From NCBI GenBank assembly GCA_045579345.1, contig JAZNMA010000098.1:19943-83942 (forward strand): DNA of 64,000 nt. The letters run 5' to 3'. A model generated the notes under the pieces. It had not been told where the DNA came from, searched no databases, and was given only the letters and a program-made list of their open reading frames with translations. The DNA comes from Christensenellaceae bacterium (lineage in GTDB: Bacteria; Bacillota; Clostridia; Christensenellales; Borkfalkiaceae). A program made the position numbers and the translations under genes. Shown one piece after another: positions 1-9,154 of this stretch. Position 1 is the first letter of the stretch, and each line of letters opens with the position of its first letter.

Positions 1-129
1 TTACTAATACTGAACTGCATTTAAGAATAATTGCATTTGTTATATGGAGTGCTTGCATAGGTGGCGCAAGTTTTACGGGTGGAATTATGATGATTTTTTT
101 TATTAAACAAAAAAGAAGGAATAAATAAA

Positions 130-585
130 ATGAATATTAGATTCAAAGCGAAAACGACTAAAAAGGAAGAAGGACGTGATTTTAATAACGAATGGGTTGA
201 AGGCGATTTATTAGAAAGTCGTGGTAAATACTATATTCACCCAAAAGGAAACTTTTTTCAAGTAAACGGCGAACTTACTAAAAATGTGATAGTACACGAA
301 GTTATACCTGAAACGATAAGAGTTTGCACGGGGTTAAACGATACTACGGAAAGAAAGTGGGGGGAATGTTGCATTATCCGTAATCAAATATTCGTAGGCG
401 ACTTCTTAAAACTTGATAACAAATCTCGTCTTTATAGAGTGTATTTAGACGAGTGCAACCGAATACAAATACAAGATTTTTATGGGTGCGCTATTAAACC
501 AACGCAAGATGCGATAAATTATTTTAAGGCAGTTGTGGTAGGCAATGAGATAGACAACCCCGAACTTATGGAGAAAACGAAATGA
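130..585 (+). CDS. YopX-family phage protein
   Basis: 151-aa ORF. C-terminal VVGNEIDNPEL resembles the conserved GN..(E/D)NPEL end of YopX-family proteins. Confidence 0.6.
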   Translation: MNIRFKAKTTKKEEGRDFNNEWVEGDLLESRGKYYIHPKGNFFQVNGELTKNVIVHEVIPETIRVCTGLNDTTERKWGECCIIRNQIFVGDFLKLDNKSRLYRVYLDECNRIQIQDFYGCAIKPTQDAINYFKAVVVGNEIDNPELMEKTK

Positions 586-755
586 CACCACTTGAAATGG
601 CTAAACAAAGAGAAAAGAAATTAACTTGCAGAAAGTGTCCTAAAATGGAAATTGTAGATAATGTTGCTTATTGTGGCGTTAGTGGAAAAATATTATTGAC
701 GAAATATCTCGACATCGCAATTTGTAATGGCAAACGATTAAAGGAGAACAACTAA
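582..755 (+). CDS. small Cys-rich (zinc-ribbon-like) protein, 57 aa
   Basis: ATG at 582 overlaps the upstream stop (ATGA). CRKCP...YCG pattern. Fills the gap between flanking genes. Below the ORF-track size cut-off. Confidence 0.35.
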   Translation: MTPLEMAKQREKKLTCRKCPKMEIVDNVAYCGVSGKILLTKYLDIAICNGKRLKENN

Positions 756-1258
756 TGAGAAACTATTTTAATACACCCGAACAAAGCCATCATTTAATCA
801 TTATGACGGCTATGGTATCGGTAAACGAATTGATAGAAAGTTCTGCGCCGACTGACGAAGAAAAGAAAATGCTCAAAAAGGCGAAGAAACTGATTAGCGA
901 TTTTTCTGAAAGCGTATTTGAAAGACTTGGTGAAAGTCATAGAAAATCACTAAAAAACAAAGCAAGCCTTAATATTCTACGTCTTGTAGCAAGGAATACA
1001 AGTTTTACAAAAAGTTCGCAAATGGAAGATTTTATCGACCGGGAGTATCTTGTTAAACTACTTGATTTATCGTCCGATATTGACTGTGAAGGTTGTGAAA
1101 GGACTGACTGCAAAAACTGTAATATCTACAAAATGAAAGACTACCTAAACTATAACGGCAAATGCGAAGATAACGATTTGTGTCCGTTTAGAAAGGAAAA
1201 GGTAGATATAGTCGGTATCAACTTTGATTTTGACGATTTGGAGAGTGATAGTAAATGA
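755..1258 (+). CDS. hypothetical phage protein
   Basis: 167-aa ORF in tight operon spacing; C-terminal Cys cluster (CEGCERTDCKNC). Confidence 0.5.
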   Translation: MRNYFNTPEQSHHLIIMTAMVSVNELIESSAPTDEEKKMLKKAKKLISDFSESVFERLGESHRKSLKNKASLNILRLVARNTSFTKSSQMEDFIDREYLVKLLDLSSDIDCEGCERTDCKNCNIYKMKDYLNYNGKCEDNDLCPFRKEKVDIVGINFDFDDLESDSK

Positions 1259-1746
1259 TTATCCAACAACGAGATGCACTTGGAAGAATAAATGTGCTTG
1301 GTTTTGGAACGATACTTGCGCCAAAAGGCGAACCTGTTGCGATTTACACAAAAGTAAACGATACAGCAAAAGGAACTTGCACTATAACAACAAATGTTGC
1401 AAAAAATAAAGACGGCTTAAAGAAAAAATACGCATATCAAAACATACCTTGTGCAGTTTACGGCAAGCAACATAATAAAGAGATTTTTGCTACCCTTGAA
1501 ACGCTTAACCCAAAAGACAAAGTTATTTTTGGCGGGATATATTATGAACACAAAGCGCTGGATAGCAAGACGGGAAAAGAAGTTGATTATTCCGAAGTGC
1601 GTTTAGAATTTCTATTACCGTATTCGCCATTGTTGGCGTTAGTGTTAGGTGATACAAAGGTTCGTAAATTAAAGAACGACCACGACCAAGAAGTTGCCGT
1701 TAAGTGCGCAACTAACAAAGCAAAACGAAAATATAAGTTTAAGTAA
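1255..1746 (+). CDS. hypothetical phage protein
   Basis: 163-aa ORF; start overlaps the upstream stop. Confidence 0.5.
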   Translation: MIIQQRDALGRINVLGFGTILAPKGEPVAIYTKVNDTAKGTCTITTNVAKNKDGLKKKYAYQNIPCAVYGKQHNKEIFATLETLNPKDKVIFGGIYYEHKALDSKTGKEVDYSEVRLEFLLPYSPLLALVLGDTKVRKLKNDHDQEVAVKCATNKAKRKYKFK

Positions 1747-1758
1747 GGAGCAAGGCTT

Positions 1759-1986
1759 ATGGATAGTAAGCGAATAAACTCAATAACTGACGAAGTAGTA
1801 AATGCAGTAATGCAAGAAGAACGCTCGGTAGAAAGTATTGCGAGAGAATCGGGCGTAGGTGCATCTACTATTCGTGGTTGGATAAACAACGGAAAAACGC
1901 CAACGCTTGAAAATGCCCAATGGGTATTAAAGGTTTTGGGGTTTAAATTAACGATTGAAAAGGAAAGGGTTGACGACAATGGTTAA
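1759..1986 (+). CDS. small helix-turn-helix DNA-binding protein
   Basis: 75 aa. SIARESGVGASTIRGWINNG is a typical HTH segment. Confidence 0.5.
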   Translation: MDSKRINSITDEVVNAVMQEERSVESIARESGVGASTIRGWINNGKTPTLENAQWVLKVLGFKLTIEKERVDDNG

Positions 1987-2194
1987 TAGTACATATCAAA
2001 CGACTACAATTCGTTGTAAAGGCAAAAAAGACAATAAGCCATGTGACAACCCTATATGTATTAAAAACGGTAATAAACTGACGATACGCCGTCATAACCG
2101 AGAAATACATATAACGCTTTTCAAAGGACAAAGCATTGACGTAGTGTGTGAAAAATGCGGACACAAAACGATAATAACGGAAGGTGCGAGATGA
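1979..2194 (+). CDS. small Cys-rich protein
   Basis: ORF 1955..2194; internal ATG at 1979 gives a short overlap with the upstream gene. Has CxxxxxxCxxxxC and CEKCGH motifs. Confidence 0.4.
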   Translation: MVNSTYQTTTIRCKGKKDNKPCDNPICIKNGNKLTIRRHNREIHITLFKGQSIDVVCEKCGHKTIITEGAR

Positions 2195-2973
2195 AGAAAA
2201 CAAAGATTGATTGGTGTGATTGCACAATAAACCCCGTCGTGGGTTGTAAAAATGGATGCGAATATTGTTATGCAAGAAAAATAAACGATAGATTCAAGTT
2301 TATACCTTGTTGGGAAGAACCGCAATTTTTTCCTAAAAAGTTAAAACAACTTGACAGCAAAAAGCCTAAGTCAATTTTTATGGATAGTATGAGCGATTGT
2401 GGTTTGTGGAGCATCAACCAAATACATAGAATTGCGCAGTCAATGAAAGAAAATCCACAACACAACTATTTGTTTTTGACTAAAAGACCTGATTTGTTTA
2501 TTGATAAATGCAAGCACATAGTTGAAAATGCAAACAAAGGCAATGTGTGGGTTGGTGTGAGTGCAAACACAAGAAAAGATTTAACAAGGCTTTTGTTTTT
2601 ACCGAGATATGCTCATAGATTTATTTCAATAGAACCGATAATGGACGACTTTGGCGAATTTTATGAAGTGTACGACAAAGGCAAACGCTATGAATGGATA
2701 AACTTTACTTCTGATTTGTTTAGATTGCCTTATGTTCCTGAAGTAATAATTATCGGGGCAGAAACAGGAAATAGAAAAAACAAAGTTATTCCTAAAAAAG
2801 AGTGGATTGATAACATTGTTAAAACGGCAGACCTTTTCAACAAAGAATTTAGAAAAAGCCCAACAATGCAAAAAAACGGTTGGTATGAAATTAAAATCTT
2901 TATGAAAGAAAGTTTGCGAGAAATTATGGGCGAAGACTTTAGGCAAGATAAGTTGCCGTGGAGTATTGAATAA
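2191..2973 (+). CDS. phage Gp37/Gp68 family protein (DUF5131)
   Basis: N-terminus MKKTKIDWCDCTINPVVGCKNGCEYCYA matches the characteristic KIEWTD.TWNP..GC....C..CYA start of this family. ATG at 2191 overlaps the upstream stop. Confidence 0.7.
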   Translation: MKKTKIDWCDCTINPVVGCKNGCEYCYARKINDRFKFIPCWEEPQFFPKKLKQLDSKKPKSIFMDSMSDCGLWSINQIHRIAQSMKENPQHNYLFLTKRPDLFIDKCKHIVENANKGNVWVGVSANTRKDLTRLLFLPRYAHRFISIEPIMDDFGEFYEVYDKGKRYEWINFTSDLFRLPYVPEVIIIGAETGNRKNKVIPKKEWIDNIVKTADLFNKEFRKSPTMQKNGWYEIKIFMKESLREIMGEDFRQDKLPWSIE

Positions 2974-3428
2974 TGCTACCAAGATACTGCGTGAAAGCCG
3001 ATAAATGTTCGTATGGTAAAACTCACAACCCTTGCGACCTGCACGAAAACTGTCCTGCTTTTAGGTGCGATACTACTAAACACTTTGAAGAACTAAAAGA
3101 GAAGAAAAGTAAGTATCATAATGAAAAGGTGCAATATGACGGACGAACTTTCGACAGTAAATGGGAAATGGAACGCTATTGCGAACTTAAACTTTTAGAA
3201 AAGGTAGGGCGAATAAAAGACCTTAAATGCCAAGAAAGGTTTGTCTTGATAAAGAAGTCAACCGAGCATAGAGAAACGGCTTACGTTGCTGATTTTACCT
3301 ACTACGAAAACGGACAACTTGTAGTAGAAGATTGCAAAAGTAAAATTACTAAAACGGCGACTTACAAGATAAAAAAGAAACTTATGTTTGAAAGGTACGG
3401 AATCAAAATTAGGGAGATAGAGAAGTGA
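2973..3428 (+). CDS. DUF1064-family protein (resolvase/endonuclease-like) with Cys-rich N-terminal extension
   Basis: KYHNEKVQYDGRTFDSKWEMERYCELKLLEKVGRIKDL resembles the conserved core of DUF1064 phage proteins. Confidence 0.5.
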   Translation: MLPRYCVKADKCSYGKTHNPCDLHENCPAFRCDTTKHFEELKEKKSKYHNEKVQYDGRTFDSKWEMERYCELKLLEKVGRIKDLKCQERFVLIKKSTEHRETAYVADFTYYENGQLVVEDCKSKITKTATYKIKKKLMFERYGIKIREIEK

Positions 3429-3610
3429 AAGATATTGATTATTACTGTAATTGTGATGCGCCGTGCATACACAAGTCGAAACGTTTAAGAAAAGTCAAAA
3501 CTTGGAAAGACGGCAAATGGACGAAATCAAAAGTGCAAATTTGCTTTAATCCGCATAGAGATTGTACTTGTAAACATCAAGTAAGTTTTGGAAACGTTTT
3601 TCATTATTAG
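3425..3610 (+). CDS. small Cys-rich protein (GTG start)
   Basis: 61-aa ORF with 6 Cys; operon context only. Confidence 0.3.
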   Translation: MKDIDYYCNCDAPCIHKSKRLRKVKTWKDGKWTKSKVQICFNPHRDCTCKHQVSFGNVFHY

Positions 3611-3659
3611 GAGATTGATTATGAAAGATAAAGAAAGATAGGTATATAGGAGAACTAAA

Positions 3660-4169
3660 ATGAAAGATAAAGAAAAGCAGATATGTAAGTATTGTGGGAA
3701 GCCTATTAAGAGCAGTGAAACTAAAACTATTAAAGAAAGAATCGCTGATTATGATGGAAATTATTTTTGCAGTTGTGATAAAGAAAAGCAAATTGAAGAA
3801 ATGTTTAACTATTTGAGAGAATGCTCAAACAATGCTTGGGCGAAAGGTTTTGACTATGCTGAAATAGATAATGAAAAGTTGAGAGCATTTTTAGACTTAT
3901 TCCTCAAAGATAGCGTTGTGCTTTCAAGGGAAGAGAAAGACAAAACTGACAAGTATATAACCGACCTTTGCAGTATGATAGATAACCTTAGAGATGACTC
4001 GAAAAAGGCAAGCAAGGAAACGGCAGAGAAGTTTGCGAAAGACCTATTGGCTGTTTGGGACGATTTAGAAAAGTGGAGTGAAAAATATTATGAGCCACAT
4101 TCGGGAATTACGCCAGCGCACATAAAAGAATACGCAAAACAATTTGGGGTTGAGATAAAGGAGAATTAA
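3660..4169 (+). CDS. hypothetical phage protein
   Basis: 169-aa ORF preceded by GGAG; N-terminal CxxC...CxC. Confidence 0.5.
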   Translation: MKDKEKQICKYCGKPIKSSETKTIKERIADYDGNYFCSCDKEKQIEEMFNYLRECSNNAWAKGFDYAEIDNEKLRAFLDLFLKDSVVLSREEKDKTDKYITDLCSMIDNLRDDSKKASKETAEKFAKDLLAVWDDLEKWSEKYYEPHSGITPAHIKEYAKQFGVEIKEN

Positions 4170-4170
4170 T

Positions 4171-4647
4171 ATGTTAATAGTTTTATTGATAATAAGTATA
4201 AGTTTAATAATTTTAGGTTGCGTTGTGTATTTTCGCTGTCACAGTTGTTATGAATATTTAGCATGTGGATTTATCATAACTGGGGTGCTTTTTGGGATAA
4301 TAACACTCTTTTTTGTAGTTTTTTCCATTACTTATTCAATTAAAATTCCGCAAATGGAAGAAAAAATAACAATTTCTAAAGAAGAAAACACTCGCATAGA
4401 AGAACAAATAAAAATTGTAATAGAAGCATATCAAGACTACGAACAAGGAATTTTTGAAAATATTGGCTTAGATAAAATATCAAGCGAAAAATTGATATTG
4501 CTAACTTCTATTTATCCCGAATTAAAATCCGACACTATGGTTCAAGAATTGATACAAGTTCATATTAACAACACTAACAAAATCAAAGAATTAAGGACTA
4601 CAAAACTTGATTATGAAGTTTGGCGTTGGTGGTTGTGTTTTAGATAA
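4171..4647 (+). CDS. membrane protein (2 predicted TM helices)
   Basis: 158 aa. Hydrophobic N-terminal segments LIVLLIISISLIILGCVV and GFIITGVLFGIITLFFVVF. Confidence 0.5.
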   Translation: MLIVLLIISISLIILGCVVYFRCHSCYEYLACGFIITGVLFGIITLFFVVFSITYSIKIPQMEEKITISKEENTRIEEQIKIVIEAYQDYEQGIFENIGLDKISSEKLILLTSIYPELKSDTMVQELIQVHINNTNKIKELRTTKLDYEVWRWWLCFR

Positions 4648-4657
4648 AGGAGTTTTT

Positions 4658-5311
4658 ATGAAATCAGTTTTAATTAGTATTCAACCAAAATGGGTTGAGA
4701 AGATAGCAAGTGGCGAAAAAACGATTGAAGTTCGCAAGACAAGACCAAAGTTAGAAACACCGTTTAAGTGTTATATCTATGCCACAAAGCCAAAAAAATA
4801 TTATAAGGTTAGCCGTTTTATTGCTACAAGCGACGAAAACTTATATTTGGTAAATGGCAAAATTAAAATGGATAACGGCTTTGCGTATTGGGGCGACGGT
4901 GTAGATTATGAGTATCTAAATAGAAAAGTAATCGGCGAGTTTGTTTGCGACAAGATAACTGATATATCGGTAGTGGTTAGAAATTGCAACGAAGATTATA
5001 ATCAAGTTTACCATAACGACGAGTGCAAAGGTAGTTGTTTGACGTGGAAAGAATTGCAAGAATACGGCAAAGGTAAACCGCTTTATGGCTGGCACATATC
5101 CGACCTTAAAATCTATGAAAAACCGAAAGAGTTAAGCGAGTTTTATACTACCAAATATGATATACCTTGCGAACACAAAAAGCGTGGTTTTAATATGGAT
5201 TTTTGTATGGCTTATGAAAATGGTAGTCATTTTTGTAAAGAATTGATTTGCGATAAAAAACGCTTAACAAGACCACCACAATCGTGGCAATTTATTGAAA
5301 TGGGAGATTAG
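4658..5311 (+). CDS. ASCH-domain protein
   Basis: MKSVLISIQPKWVEKIASGEKTIEVRKT is a typical ASCH/PUA-like N-terminus. AGGAG lies 8 nt upstream of the ATG at 4658. Confidence 0.55.
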   Translation: MKSVLISIQPKWVEKIASGEKTIEVRKTRPKLETPFKCYIYATKPKKYYKVSRFIATSDENLYLVNGKIKMDNGFAYWGDGVDYEYLNRKVIGEFVCDKITDISVVVRNCNEDYNQVYHNDECKGSCLTWKELQEYGKGKPLYGWHISDLKIYEKPKELSEFYTTKYDIPCEHKKRGFNMDFCMAYENGSHFCKELICDKKRLTRPPQSWQFIEMGD

Positions 5312-5314
5312 ATT

Positions 5315-5590
5315 ATGATGAATAAAACTGCTTGCACGAGTTGTTGTGCAGATATTGAATTAGACCTTAACAAAAATTGTAGATTAGTAAATACAATAAT
5401 GGAACAAGACCAAACGTTTACACGTTTAATTTTAGAATTTGAATATTATTGTGCGAAATGTGGGGAAAAATCTATTACTAAATTTGTTGCTTGTTTTCAC
5501 ACCGAAAGAGTAAAAGGCTTTTCTATGCAAGCACTAACAAGAGAAGCAATAAGACCATACTCTTGGTTAAAAAACTTATTAGGAGAATAA
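5315..5590 (+). CDS. small Cys-rich protein
   Basis: 91-aa ORF with CTSCC and CAKCG motifs. Confidence 0.45.
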   Translation: MMNKTACTSCCADIELDLNKNCRLVNTIMEQDQTFTRLILEFEYYCAKCGEKSITKFVACFHTERVKGFSMQALTREAIRPYSWLKNLLGE

Positions 5591-5591
5591 T

Positions 5592-5777
5592 ATGGAAAGC
5601 GAAATTAAAGTAATAGATTATTTAATAGAAAATGGTGGTTGCGATTTGTGTGGAAAATGCGCATACTATATTCAAGCAAAAAAAGACGAAGATTTTACAC
5701 CTTGTAAAGAATTTGAGAAAGACGGAAACATTGCTTGCCGTAATGGTATGATTGAATATTTTAAGAACAATGAGTAA
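5592..5777 (+). CDS. small Cys-rich protein
   Basis: 61-aa ORF with CDLCGKC motif. Confidence 0.4.
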   Translation: MESEIKVIDYLIENGGCDLCGKCAYYIQAKKDEDFTPCKEFEKDGNIACRNGMIEYFKNNE

Positions 5778-6216
5778 GCAGATAAAGTCTAAAAAGAGAG
5801 TAAAGGAATTTGCCGAAGTTTATACAAACGAGCGTGAAGTTAAGGCTATGTGCGATTTAATACCAAAAGAAACTTGGGACAACATTGAAAGTGCTTTTTT
5901 AGAGCCTGCGTGTGGCAATGGAAATTTTCTTGTAGAGATTTACGCACGAAAATTAGAGCGTTGTAAAGACGAAAAAGACGGTCTAAAAGCACTTGCAAGC
6001 ATTGTTGGGATAGATATTCAACAAGATAATGTGGACGAAAGCCGATTAAGGTTAAGGTCAATGTTCCTTGATAAATTCCCAAATGCGAATACTTTTTGCT
6101 TATATATGTTGGCAACGATATTGTGCAATAACATAATTTGTGCCGATAGTTTAGCAAAAATGCAAGAGTGGATAGACCAAAATCAACCAAAACAATTAAG
6201 TTTATTTAAGGAGTAA
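5770..6216 (+). CDS. truncated N6-adenine methyltransferase-like protein (SAM-binding half only)
   Basis: VYTNEREVKAMCDLI (motif X-like) and FLEPACGNGNFL (motif I) are present. The protein ends shortly after IICADSL, with no NPPY/NPPF catalytic motif. Confidence 0.5.
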   Translation: MSKQIKSKKRVKEFAEVYTNEREVKAMCDLIPKETWDNIESAFLEPACGNGNFLVEIYARKLERCKDEKDGLKALASIVGIDIQQDNVDESRLRLRSMFLDKFPNANTFCLYMLATILCNNIICADSLAKMQEWIDQNQPKQLSLFKE

Positions 6217-6218
6217 TT

Positions 6219-6713
6219 ATGAACAGCGAAAAAGTGAAAGAGATTAAAGATAGGTTGCAAGAAAAATTAGATTACGGTCTAAAAACGAACGGTATTGCAA
6301 GTCCACTTGTATCAGTTGAATTGCTAAACACCACTTTAATTATTATAGAAGAGTTGGAAGCATCAAACAAGACAAAATATGATGCAATGGTTACTTTGTT
6401 TAAAGAACAAGAATTTTACAAAAACCAAAACCAACAACTCAAAGACCGCCTTGCCGAGTTGGAAAAGGAAAATGCAAGACTTCTTGATGGTGTTGAAACG
6501 GTGCAAAGCAATAGGTGTAGGTTTAAGTGTGAACTTACGGAAATGCACTTAAAACAGTTTATTAAAAAGTTTGAACTAAATATAGGCAAACACTTACAAA
6601 AGAAGTTTAGTGATTATGAGCAAGATAGTTTTCATTACATTGTTGATAAAGCCGATGTTGATATGTGTTTAGACGAAACCTTAAAGGAGTTCTTATGCGA
6701 CAACAATCAATAG
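6219..6713 (+). CDS. coiled-coil protein
   Basis: 164-aa ORF with heptad-like E/K/L-rich centre. Confidence 0.5.
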   Translation: MNSEKVKEIKDRLQEKLDYGLKTNGIASPLVSVELLNTTLIIIEELEASNKTKYDAMVTLFKEQEFYKNQNQQLKDRLAELEKENARLLDGVETVQSNRCRFKCELTEMHLKQFIKKFELNIGKHLQKKFSDYEQDSFHYIVDKADVDMCLDETLKEFLCDNNQ

Positions 6714-6889
6714 TAAGACGACAACCTATATCGCTTGGTGACGACTGTCTTGTGTTTAAGGTTGGTAAAGAAGAAAGCATTTGCACCGATTGCAATTTAC
6801 CCGTTAAGAAATGTAATGGCGATTGTAAGCGATTCAAAGAAGAAATGAAAAAACTAAAAAAGAAACAAAAGGAAGGCAAAAACTTATGA
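6695..6889 (+). CDS. small Cys-rich protein
   Basis: AAGGAG lies 6 nt upstream of the ATG at 6695. Has CTDCNLPVKKCNGDC. Confidence 0.4.
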   Translation: MRQQSIVRRQPISLGDDCLVFKVGKEESICTDCNLPVKKCNGDCKRFKEEMKKLKKKQKEGKNL

Positions 6890-7296
6890 ATAAAACAATA
6901 ATTACTGGAAACCTAACAAGAGATCCTGAACTTAGTGAAACGGCAAGCGGCGTTGCATTTTCAAACTTTACAGTAGCAGTCAACGGCGAAACAAACGATA
7001 CCGACGGAAATAGACCTACATATTTCTTTTCTTGTACGGCTTGGCGTGGTAGAGCCGAGAATATAGCAAAGTATTGTAAGAAAGGGAGCAAGGTTTTAGT
7101 TGAAGGCGAGATGCAATCGAGAAAATATACTGACAAAGACGGACACGAACGTACTGCTTGGAATTTGGTCGCAAATAAGGTTGAATTTTTGAGTGGTGGT
7201 GCAAGACAAGACGACGAAGAATCGCAAGTTATGGCTGCAAGAAGAGAAAGACCGCAAATGACACCGATTATTGACGATAATCAGTTGCCTTTCTAA
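6886..7296 (+). CDS. ssb: single-stranded DNA-binding protein
   Basis: MNKTIITGNLTRDPEL... OB-fold signature, TAWRGRAENIAKY, and an acidic C-terminal tail ending DDNQLPF. Confidence 0.95.
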   Translation: MNKTIITGNLTRDPELSETASGVAFSNFTVAVNGETNDTDGNRPTYFFSCTAWRGRAENIAKYCKKGSKVLVEGEMQSRKYTDKDGHERTAWNLVANKVEFLSGGARQDDEESQVMAARRERPQMTPIIDDNQLPF

Positions 7297-7751
7297 TGGA
7301 GAAAATATCTATGGATGCGTATGAGAGAATGCAGCAAAAATGTATGGAAGATAGACAAACCTACATTGATACAGACGGCGAATATTGGGCAGTAGGTAAT
7401 ATAGATAATTACACAGGTGCAGTTAAAGGTATTGCAATAGATAAACTTGCTCAACTTGAAAACGATATTGAAAGCAAGAAATTGCAACGACTAAATTGTA
7501 ATGTTGGAGATACTATTTATTACGTCGCCTACTATAAGGTTGAAACTGATAATAGAGAAATTGAGATATTAGAGCCGTGGTTAGTTGATAGTATTGTTAT
7601 CGGCAAAGATTATCAAATATATAGATTAACACACAAAGGAACTGACGACTACAATTCGGCGCACAATATTGAGTTTGGCGAAAAATGGTTTACCGATAAA
7701 GAAAAAGCGCTTGCTAAACTGCAAGAATTAAAGGAACAAAATAATGGTTAA
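7296..7751 (+). CDS. hypothetical phage protein
   Basis: 151-aa ORF; operon context. Confidence 0.5.
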   Translation: MEKISMDAYERMQQKCMEDRQTYIDTDGEYWAVGNIDNYTGAVKGIAIDKLAQLENDIESKKLQRLNCNVGDTIYYVAYYKVETDNREIEILEPWLVDSIVIGKDYQIYRLTHKGTDDYNSAHNIEFGEKWFTDKEKALAKLQELKEQNNG

Positions 7752-8154
7752 GAATTTTACTGTTAATGATAAATGCTCTAATTGCGGACAATGTTGTAGT
7801 AATTTACTTCCTATGAGTGAAAAAGAAGTAAAAAATATAAAAGCATACATAAAAGCGCACGACATTAAAGAACAAAGACATAATGCAATGCAAGGCGTTG
7901 ATATGACTTGTCCTTTTAGAGATGAAAAGAATAAAAAGTGCTTAATATATGCTGTAAGACCACAAATTTGCCGTAGATTTATGTGTAATGCAACAATGGA
8001 AAAGATAAACGCCGATAAAATGTATCTTCACGGAATAAATCGAATTGTTTTTATGCGAAGTGAGTTTTTTAATAACACGGAAGATTACCTATATGTAAAC
8101 GCTTTGGCTCGTGGTGGTTATTTGCACGAAAGAAAGATATTTAGTGGGAGATGA
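7744..8154 (+). CDS. YkgJ-family Cys-cluster (CxxCxxCC) protein
   Basis: CSNCGQCCSN plus downstream CPF...C...C..F.C motifs, typical of the UPF0153/YkgJ zinc/iron-chelating family. Confidence 0.65.
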   Translation: MVKNFTVNDKCSNCGQCCSNLLPMSEKEVKNIKAYIKAHDIKEQRHNAMQGVDMTCPFRDEKNKKCLIYAVRPQICRRFMCNATMEKINADKMYLHGINRIVFMRSEFFNNTEDYLYVNALARGGYLHERKIFSGR

Positions 8155-8160
8155 TTGCAA

Positions 8161-8889
8161 ATGTTAAATAAATACTTAAACAAAATCACTTGTGGCGATA
8201 GTTATAAGTTGATAAAGGAATTGCCTGATAAGAGTGTTTCTTGTATTTATGTTGATATTCCTTACTTGTATGAAGCAGGTGGGGGGGGAAGTTCTCGCAT
8301 AGCACAACAAATTACTAAAATGAAAAAAGAACTGCAAAATTGTGGTATATGGGATGGAATAGATTATTCAATTTTTAATGACTTTGTTAGAGTATTAAAA
8401 AATATTAACTGTTTTATATGGTGTAGTAAAGAGCAAATTTATCCCATAATGAAGTGGTGGAACGAAAATACCGATTGCACTTATCAAATATTGACTTGGA
8501 ATAAAACTAACCCTGTGCCTATGTGCAATGGTAATTGGTTAAGCGATATAGAGTATTGCCTATATTTTAATAGGGGAACTAAACTAAATGACGGAATAGA
8601 ACACAAGTCAAAATGGTTTACAAGTTCGCTAAATGTTAAAGATAAAGCATTATTCAACCACCCAACTATAAAGCCATTAGAACTTGTCAAAAGGCATTTA
8701 TTGCATACAACGCAACCAAACGATATAGTGCTTGACTGTTTTATAGGAAGTGGCACGACTGCCGTTGCTTGTCAAGAAACTACTAGGCAATATATTGGGT
8801 TTGAAATTAGTGAAAAGTGGTGCAAGGTCGCAAACGATAGGTTAAATAAAGTTGATGCAGGCGGACAAACTTGCATGTTTTTAAGATAA
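8161..8889 (+). CDS. DNA methyltransferase, beta class (N6-adenine or N4-cytosine)
   Basis: Motif IV variant VDIPY lies N-terminal and motif I FIGSGTTAVAC lies C-terminal. A TTG at 8155 is an alternative start. Contains a G8 run at 8281-8288. Confidence 0.85.
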   Translation: MLNKYLNKITCGDSYKLIKELPDKSVSCIYVDIPYLYEAGGGGSSRIAQQITKMKKELQNCGIWDGIDYSIFNDFVRVLKNINCFIWCSKEQIYPIMKWWNENTDCTYQILTWNKTNPVPMCNGNWLSDIEYCLYFNRGTKLNDGIEHKSKWFTSSLNVKDKALFNHPTIKPLELVKRHLLHTTQPNDIVLDCFIGSGTTAVACQETTRQYIGFEISEKWCKVANDRLNKVDAGGQTCMFLR

Positions 8890-8908
8890 AAATTTTTTCA
8901 TAAAACCC

Positions 8909-8937
8909 TTGACAAGCACAAAGTGTGGTGCTATAAT
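8909..8937 (+). promoter_or_regulatory. sigma-A type promoter of the late operon
   Basis: TTGACA (8909-8914), 17-nt spacer, TGcTATAAT (8929-8937): consensus -35, extended -10 and -10. Confidence 0.7.
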
Positions 8938-9115
8938 AAAAGAGTAAACTGAATATTTATGATTTTCGACTGCCCTTTTGGGTGAGATTTATTCACAAAA
9001 ATTGAGTTTAGCATAGGGTTAAATTCAAGAGTAAATCAATATTGGTCACTTTTTATTTGCTTATGTCTTATAATTAGGACTGATTATGTCGCATCTCATT
9101 TTTAGGGTTAATAAG

Positions 9116-9154
9116 ACCGAGCAGATTAAAAAGTTTGCTCGGTTTTTTCTTTTT
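9116..9154 (+). terminator. intrinsic terminator inside the late-operon leader
   Basis: ACCGAGCA / TGCTCGGT 8-bp stem, 12-nt loop, followed by TTTTTCTTTTT. Lies 37 nt before the first late gene. Confidence 0.7.
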
